From Bacteroidales bacterium (GTDB lineage: Bacteria > Bacteroidota > Bacteroidia > Bacteroidales > UBA1715), in NCBI GenBank assembly GCA_045599365.1, contig JAZRVS010000045.1:37375-101374 (forward strand): 64,000 nucleotides of DNA. Reading direction: 5' to 3'. Shown piece after piece: positions 28,890 to 37,800 of this stretch; within the stretch, counting starts at the first letter, position 1; each line of letters starts with the position of its first letter. The position numbers were made by a program, and so were the translations under genes. Below the pieces are notes generated by a model. That model was not told the origin of the DNA and ran no database searches. It worked only from the letters and a program-made list of their open reading frames with translations.

Positions 28890-31800
28890 TATCTCATAAG
28901 CATTACACTTCCCCAGAATGGTTTAACTGTCTGTACTTTCCTCAAATTATCTTCTTCTGAATCTTCGTAAGTAACTTCAATCTTGTATCTGTACAAACCA
29001 GATTGCATCAATTTGTCGTTTACTTTACCATCCCATTCTGCGATTGGACAACCACTTTCGTTTACACCTTCAGAATAATACACAAGATTGTTCCAGTTGT
29101 CGTAGATCCATATTTTGAATGTACGACAGTTAAATCCTTTTGGCTTGAAAACTCGTACTTCAGATGCAGGATTTGTCGGACAGAATGCTGTTGGAACGAA
29201 CAATCCGTGTTCAACATCAACGAAGAAACTACCTCGAATAGAATTTTCACAACCATATTCATTGATTGCGGTCAATTCTGCAGTATAGTTTCCGTAACGA
29301 TATAGTTCTTCAAAAATCTTGTTGTTTTGTAAAACTAATGCGGTATCTGTTTTCCTTCCAAAATCCCAGAAATAATCTACGTGATATTCTTTCTCTGTCC
29401 CTTTATCGCTTACGATTTGTGGTTCGGAAAGGTTAGAGAATGTTACCACGCCTTCTTGACCAAGTGTTTCCCCGATAAATTGTGCATCAGGAATACCGAT
29501 AACTTCTACTGGGAATTCTGTCGTTCCAACACAGCCGTATTTATTGGTTTCTGCAACGGAAATTGTGTCAAATCCAATTGATGTCCAGTCAATAGAACGA
29601 ACAAATCCTGAAGAATATGAAGACAATTCTGTAGAAACTCTGTTACCTGTAACACTCCATTTTATAATATTTCCTTCTGCCGATTTTGTTACAACGTATG
29701 CTTCAGATTCACCTGCACACACTCCAGTTTCTCCCATAATTTTTGGCATCGGAATGTCGCTAATTAAGAATGAAATTTTTGCAGTGTCGCTTATACAATC
29801 TTTAATAGTTTGTGTCATATACACGTTGTAATTTCCTACTGCTGAATGCGGAGTAGGATATTCTTGTGATAAAGCAGAAACTACATTTTTATTCTCGTTA
29901 AACCAAATTGGATTTTGAGCTTTGGTAGTTAGAGTAACAGGTTGACCATCAAAGCAGAACGCATCTTTCGTTATTGTTGGTTTAGCAGGTTTTGGATTAA
30001 CAACATATTTTAGCGTTGTTTCTTTTCTTGTTTCAAAAGAACACGTAGCCACTGTTGTTCGAGCTTTGAAATTGTAAACGCCAGCTTTTTTGATTAAATC
30101 TTTTGGGACGTCTAATGTGTCACCAAGACATATTGTTGCTCCTGTAGGCGAAATCCACGAAACGCTTTCATTTTCAGATTGACGAGTAACAATCAATCGA
30201 CCAGGTTTGTCGTATTCACAGAGAGTATCTTGTTTCACAATAATTGCGAATGTTGGACCAGCAACAATTTTTACTTTCTTGGTAACTTTATCGCTCTCGC
30301 AACCAGCGTTGTCGGTTTGAGAGGCGTAGTAAACATATTCGCCTACTTCTGTGTCGGGAACGGTAAAGTATCGACCAGTGAAAATAGGTCGTCCAGTTGG
30401 ATTTTCGTACCAGTGAACCGTATTTGATGATTCAGCAATAATAACAGCCTGATTTCCTTCGCAAACTTCAATATCATTGGTTTGTTTGAAAGTCAAGTCA
30501 GCAGGTTTAGGATTAACAGTCAGAGACACTTTAGATGCTTCACTTTCGCACCCATTTTCAGTTTGAGTTACAAAGTATGATTGATTTTCTTTTTTATAAG
30601 GAGTGTACGAATTTCCAGTAGCAATTTGAATGTTTAATTCTTCATCAGAATACCATGTTGCAATTGCCTCTCCTTGTGTCAAGACTTCTAAATCAACAAT
30701 ATTGTTATAGTCGCAAATGGTTTGACTAACAGCCGTAGGTTTTGCAGGAATGCCATAAATTGTTGCTGTTGCTTCTTGTATAGGACTTGTACATCCATTT
30801 ATTGTTTGTGTGGCACCAATTGTTATATTTCCTGGTAATAAGTTAGATTCTGAATATGTAGTTCCTTCTCCAACCGAAATGCTATTCCTATACCATTGAA
30901 TATCAGTCCCATCAGCAGTGAAAAGAACATCGGTTCCTTCACATACGTTGTCAACATTAACTATTGGTGGAGCAGGAATTGCGTTTACTTGTATTGTTAG
31001 AGAAACTGGGTTGCTAGTACAATAATCAGATTGACGAGTGGCATAAATTGTGTAAGAACCCGCAGTTTCATACGATACGGTGTGTTGTGTTGCTATTGCG
31101 TCAGCAATTTTCATATCCTCGTTTGAATACCATAAGGCTTCAACATCAGCAGTCAAGGTTAATTCATCGTTTTCACAAATCGTTTTATTACCAGTAATTT
31201 TTGGTTGAGGAGTTGATTTCATGTCGAGAGTTATAAGCGTAGGTAGACCTTCGCAAACGTCATCGTATTGAGTAGCATAGTATTTATATTCACCTGCATT
31301 TGTAACATTATTTGGAGAGAAAGAATTGCCTATCGCAACAATTGTTGACATATCATTTTCATTATACCAACGAATTGTGTAATCATCTGATTCTAATGCT
31401 TCAAAAGTTGGCATAGTCTCATTTATACAAGCAATTATTTCGGTTTCAATAATTGTTGGCGCAGGAACTGGGCAATTGATGATGGAATATGTTAGACATG
31501 ATGGATCACTTGAACAAACGCCATCGTTTTCTGTAACACAATATGTCCACGAACCAACTACGTTTTCGTATTGGTGATTGATTGTCGCTCCAATAGCAAG
31601 GAGGTTGTTATCTTCGTCTATCCATGTATAGGCACCGCCATTGCCAGATTTTATAGAAACTTCAAATTTATCAGCAGTTACCAATTGAGTAATATTTGCA
31701 ACTTTTACAGGAGCAATTTCTCGAATTTCAATATTTTGTTTTAAACACATATTATCGTAACAATTGTTTGCTGCGCTAACAGCGGGACATCCTGTTACTG

Positions 31801-34800
31801 GGTCGTTGTAAGAATATGATAATTCATATATTCCTGCACCAAAATCTGTTGGGTCTATCTTTGTAATTGTTTGATTATCAAATTTGAATATAGTTCCAGC
31901 TAAATTTGATATAGGAGTTTTGATACCTTCATTGAAACAAATAATGTCATCAATTGTAATTTCAATTTCTGGTGAAGGATTAATTTTTAAAGTAACAGGT
32001 GTGGCAATTCCTTCACATCCATTTACTCCCGTTGTGGTTTGAGTTACAGTCCACGAATATGAACCAGCTTTACCTTGAACATCTGTTGGGGCAAAGCTGG
32101 CTTCGTTACTTATTAAAGCACCATTTTCATACCAATTGAAAATTGAGCCTTCGCCACTTGCTTCAAAAGTCGGGACTTCATCTGTTGCACAAATTTCAAA
32201 ATCAGCAATAGCAACTGTAGGCGCTGGAGTTGGACATTTAATACGATTAACTTGGATTGTAGCACATTCGCTTTCACAACCGAATTTGTCAGTTTGTGTT
32301 ACTCCATAATCTTCGCTTTTTTCTCCAACTAAACCAGTACTAAAAGTAGAACCTGTAGTAATTTTGTTTTTAGAAGTACAAGCATCGTACCAAGTAACTT
32401 TGTTTGTCCCATCAGGAGTAACTTTTAATATTGTTTCATAGTCTGTTGCTAATTGTGTTACTGGCGATGTTACTGAAAGTTGGTCAACATGATGAACTGT
32501 AAAGTCTTTTGTTGTTGTTGCTTTACATCCTGTTGGAGCTTCGTAATTTGCAGTAATTGTTATTGCAGAACCAATTGTTGTTGCTTCGGCAGGAGCAAAT
32601 GTATTTCCTGAAACAGCCTCGCCTGAAAATGAGAAAGTCCCACCTGTTATATCTGTTGATGTTGCAAGTGCTACTTCTTCGTCATAGTCACAGAAGTCTG
32701 TTTTTGCATTTGAAATAGAAATTATTGGATTTGGATTGATTACAACTCCGACTCGTGTTGCAACGCCTTCACAACCATTTATTCCAGTTGTTGTTTGTGT
32801 TACATTCCAATAATATGTTCCTGGTTTTCCCTTTGCAATATCATTTTTAAATGCTTCAGGATTGGTTGTACTTATTGGGTTACCAGTGTTTCCATCGTAC
32901 CATGTTAATGTTGCACCAGATTCTCCTTCAACAAAGAATGTAGGAACATTGTCCGAAGCACAAATTTCCGTCATTAGCACATCTGTAACAGAACTCAAAA
33001 TGTGTATGGTATCGGCTACGGTAACTGTAGGTGCAGGAGTTGGACAATCTATTACTGTGAACGTCATACATGCAGGTTCGCTTGTGCAGGTTCCATCACT
33101 TTCTGTTACGCAGTATTCCCATTCTCCTGCAACATTAGAATTTGGATGAGAAATTGAGTTTGCTGTGGTTTTCCCTCCATTTGGATCAGTCCAAACAAGT
33201 GTACCACCATTCCCAATTGCTGTGATTGACAAATCTGAAGATGTCATAACAATTGATTTGTCGCTTACTGAAGGTTTTTCAATTTTTCGAATTTCTATTG
33301 ATTGACTCTTGTCGTTTGAACAATTGTTAGCATCTGTATAAGCATATTTTAGTGTGTGATTTCCAACAGAAAGAGTATTTGTGTTGATTGTTGTTGCTAT
33401 AACGTCATCTATTGTTAATGTACCACCAACAGGAGAAAGAGTAGGAGATATTTCTCCGGTATTCACACATTCTACTGCATTTGTTGTCAGTGTGATGTCT
33501 GGAAGTGTATTTACTTTTGCTGATTTTACAACTTCCGTAGTACAGCCAGAAGTTGTTATAGTGTATGTAATATCAAATGAGCCAGCTACTTCGGGATTAA
33601 ATTCTGTTCCAGAAATATGTTCTCCTGCGAATGTACCTGTATTTGGAGTGACGTATTGTTTAAAATCAACAATATCTGCACCAACACACATCGGATTAGG
33701 AGTTGTAAATGTAACTTCTGGACGAGCAATTACATTTACATTGAATGTTTGAGAATTTGTACACGATTTTTCATCGGAATAAGTGTATGTAATTTCTGAT
33801 GAAGACCCTGCAGTAACTGCCGATGGATTAAATTTCGTATTTAGCGAGACTCCATCTCCAGTAAATTTACCGCCCGTTGGAGTCGCAAATGCAGACAAAT
33901 CAAATTCAGAGTCGTATTCACACTTATCAGGAACGGTTGTGATAGCGATTTCTGGTAAGGCATTCACAACAATAGATGCATTCTTCGTGTTTGTACATTC
34001 GTTTGCATCGGTATATGAATAAGTGAATGAATAAGTGCCTGAACTTGTAGGATTGAAACTTGTAATTTCGGCATTTGTGGCATCAAACACTTTACCATCT
34101 ACTTGTGATTTGAAAGTAGAAAAATCAATTTCTGCAGAACCAGCACATACTTCTGCTGTTGGAGAGAAACTTACAACTGGTAATTCATTGATTTTGTAGG
34201 TAATACTTGATTTACCACTTTCACAGTTTGCCTCAGTATCATATAATGAAACATAGAATGTATATGAACCTGCATCTGTTAGAGTAGGAACAAATGTAGT
34301 TGTTTCTTCTTCTTGAACAATAGCGTTATTGTAGTACCAACGAACATTTCCACTTCCTGCACTTACGGTAAGAGTTTTCTTTGCATTATCGGTTTCACCG
34401 TAACATACTGCTACAAGATTTTCAACAGGAATAGGTGCTTCTGCGGCACAACTAGATATTTCAAACGTAACAGCTGTTTTTTCGGAAACGCAACCACCAT
34501 CAGTACTTACTACATAATACGTGTATGTGCCAATTTTTCCCGTACTACCGTCTATAACAATAGATTCGTCAGGTGTGTATGATGCACCTGTGCCAACTTG
34601 TGTTGTTAAGGCTTCATCACTATACCAAATTTGATTGACTCCAGTAGCAGTTAGTGTTGGAACATTCCCTGATGTTACCTTTGTGTAAACTTTTGACACA
34701 TCAGTTCCGATAGGTTTGGCAGGATCATAAACGGTTATTGTCTTTGACGTTGAATTTGTACAAACGCCATCTGTATATTCGTAAGTTATTGTATATTCTT

Positions 34801-37800
34801 GACCAACTGTTGCATTTGCAGGAACGAATCCAGAAGTCAAATCAAGACTTGGAGTTGCAGTAAAACTACCACCAGTTTGATTGCCATTTAATGCAATAAC
34901 AGAACCATTTTTACAAGCAGTTGTTGGTAATACGAATGACACTTCTGGTTTATCTTGAACAACAATTGTTATTGTTTCGTAGAGAGAACAACCATTAACT
35001 TCATAATTATACGTTATCTCGTGTGTGCCAACACCAGCAATTGAAGGAGAGAAAACACTGCCCGTTATTCCATCACCTGTAAACGAACCAGTTCCGCCTG
35101 TTGGCGTTACGGTTGCATTTAAAGTAATGTTTTCGCTGTCAACACAAACTGGATTGACAGGATCTATGGCAATTGTTGGTATAGGATTTACAACCACTGT
35201 TGCTGTCCCTGCTTCGCTGGTACAATTACCGACTTTCACTATTACAGAATATTCTCCCGCTGCTGATGCAGTAGTACCACTGATAGTAGGGTTTTGTTCT
35301 GTAGATGTAAAACTATTTGGTCCTGTCCAAATATACGATCCTTCAGAAGTCGTTCCCAATGTCAAATCGGAACCAGCACATACAGGAGAATTTGTTGTAA
35401 TTATCGGTGTTGTTGGTGGTTCAAGGGTTTTTACTTCCAAATCGGCGCGTTCACTTTCACAGCCGTTTACCATTTGTGATACGTAATAGTGTACGCTACC
35501 TACCGTTGTTGTTACAGGAACAAGCGATGTATATTTTGTGATACCAGTCTCACTTGTGTACCAAGAAAGATTTGTACCTTCGGCAGTAACCTCGTCGGTA
35601 ACTGTTTCGTTTTGGCAATATTGAATAGGAGTTGTTATTTCTGGTTTTTCAGGTATTTCGTAGTAGGTTACGATAGTTTTACCTGCTTCACTTGGACAAT
35701 CTGTCACTGTAACTATTACACTATACTCACCGATAGTTGACGCAGAAGCCGTAATAGTAGGATTTTGTTCTGTTGATGTGAAGCTGTTTGGTCCTGTCCA
35801 TGCGTATGTTGCATTTGTTATTGTTGGAACCGACAAGGTTATTTCTTCTCCATCACATTGATGGCCATCATTTGTTGGCATTGGTGTTGCTGGAAGAGGA
35901 TTGACAACAATTGTCGTGGTTTCTGCCTCGCTGTAACAATTACCAACTTTTACTATCAACGAATATTCTCCAGCGGAGGTTGTGGTAGCACTCGAAATTT
36001 CTGGATTTTGTTCTGCTGATGTAAAACTATTAGGTCCAGACCAAATGTATGTACCTTCAGCGTCAGTAGATAATGATATATTAGAACCAGCACATACAGG
36101 AGAATTTGTCGTGATTTCTGGTTTTGATGGTGGTTCTAAAGTTTTAACCTCCAAATCTGCACGTTCACTTTCACACCCATCAATAGTTTGCGACACATAG
36201 TAGTGTACACTACCAACCGCAGATGTTGAAGGTACTAATGTTGTAAATTCAGTTGCTCCAGTTTCCGTTGTGTACCATTTCAAAGCAGTTCCTGTTGCAG
36301 AAACTTCATCTGTTACAGACTCGTTTTGACAATATTGTACAGGAGTTGTAATGGTAGGTTTGTCTGGAATAGCATTGACAACTATGGTTGCTTCACCAGC
36401 TTCACTTTTACAGCCATCTTTGCTAGTAACAACAACGCTATATGTACCTGCATTGTCAGCATCAGCCGAAGTGATTTCTGGTTGTCGGTCTGTTGATGAG
36501 AATGCATTTGGACCTTCCCAAGCATAAGTGGCATCTTCCATAAGAGGAGCAGAAAGAGTAATCTTGTCTCCCACACAATACGGAGAATCTGAAGTGATTG
36601 TTGGTGTTGTTGGTCTTGGATTTACAACAACATCAATAGCTGCACGAGGTCCTTCGCAACCATTGGCAGTTTGAGATACGTAATACGTTGTTGTCCCAGC
36701 TGTTGTTGTAGAAGGTGTTATAGATGTTTGACCCGTTCCACCTGTTGCAGAAGTGTACCATTTTAATGCCGTTCCTATCGCTGTTAATGCCGTTGCTGTT
36801 TCTCCCTCGCAGTATGTAATAGGAGTTGATACTGTTGGTTTTGGAGGGCAACTAGCACCACATTCTAACACAGACTGTGCACGAATTTCGTCATTTGCAT
36901 GACCCAACAATTCCACATGAGCCTCATTAATTACTTTTTCGCTGCATTCCTTAACCTTTGCTGTTACACTAACTGCATATTTTTTCCCAAACGGGATAGG
37001 ATTGTCCATTCCTTGTTCTTTGGTCCAAACCACTTTCCCATCCGTATATGTTCCCCCATCGGTTGCACTGACAAATTCGAGTTCCGAAGGAAAATCATCA
37101 ACAATCTTCAAATTATACGCATAATCGGTATGAACATGAATTTTTGAATACGTATGATTTCCATGTGCAGGGCTATTAAAGCCAAACTTACCTTCTTTAA
37201 CAGGGACATTATCAACCGTAAACGGAGCGGAAGCAGATGTATCTGCAGAATTCCACAGACGAAGAATACTTCCTGATAAATCTATCGCAAAATGAATATT
37301 TGCGGAACTTTCAGCAACACGTTCTGTTTTACTTCCGTACGTAACAATTAGGACACCATAATCCTTTTTCACCGTTACTTTTTGGTCGCCTCGGAAGATG
37401 AAAGTTGCTTCAGCATATTCAGTCAAAGAGGCACCAAACTCAACAAATATATTCTTACAAGTTGAGTTATTATACATTGCTGTTGTTCCCGAATTATTTG
37501 TGACTTTTCCTCCAGAGACACTTCCTCCAGACCAATCACTAGCATTCTCTCCAGCATTATTATTTATATATCCGTGAGTTTGTTCATATTCAAGATCAAA
37601 CGTCACTACATCTCCAACAGAGACAGTTTCTACATCGGAAGTTTTTACTAATGTAGTCGGTTTTACTGGTTCTGGGACTTTTGCACATGTTACTGTAATC
37701 GTCGCTGTATCTGCTATTGGAGAATTCAAATCAGCATAAATCCAAGCTAAATTATCAATATCCTCGTCAGCAGATTGGCATTTTGCCCCAGACGGGAAGT

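Larger units (their letters stand above)
29501..36856 (-). repeat. array of roughly 30 Ig-like beta-sandwich domains (~75-100 aa each), aa ~1305-3756
   Basis: At least 13 units carry the pattern C-x..-(T/G)-L/I-x-W-Y...G..Y(Y/W)V(S/T)Q...GCES/GCEG, resembling CHU_C-associated Ig domains. These are interleaved with other Cys-bracketed Ig-like units. The count is estimated from length; units were not individually delimited. Confidence 0.7.

Noticed and set aside
31208-36361. Periodic DNA repeats that might be mistaken for a CRISPR array or satellite.
   Set aside because: The periods are 714-810 nt. The copies are diverged and in-frame within a coding region. They translate into collinear Ig-like domains. 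No short direct repeats with unique spacers are present anywhere in the window.
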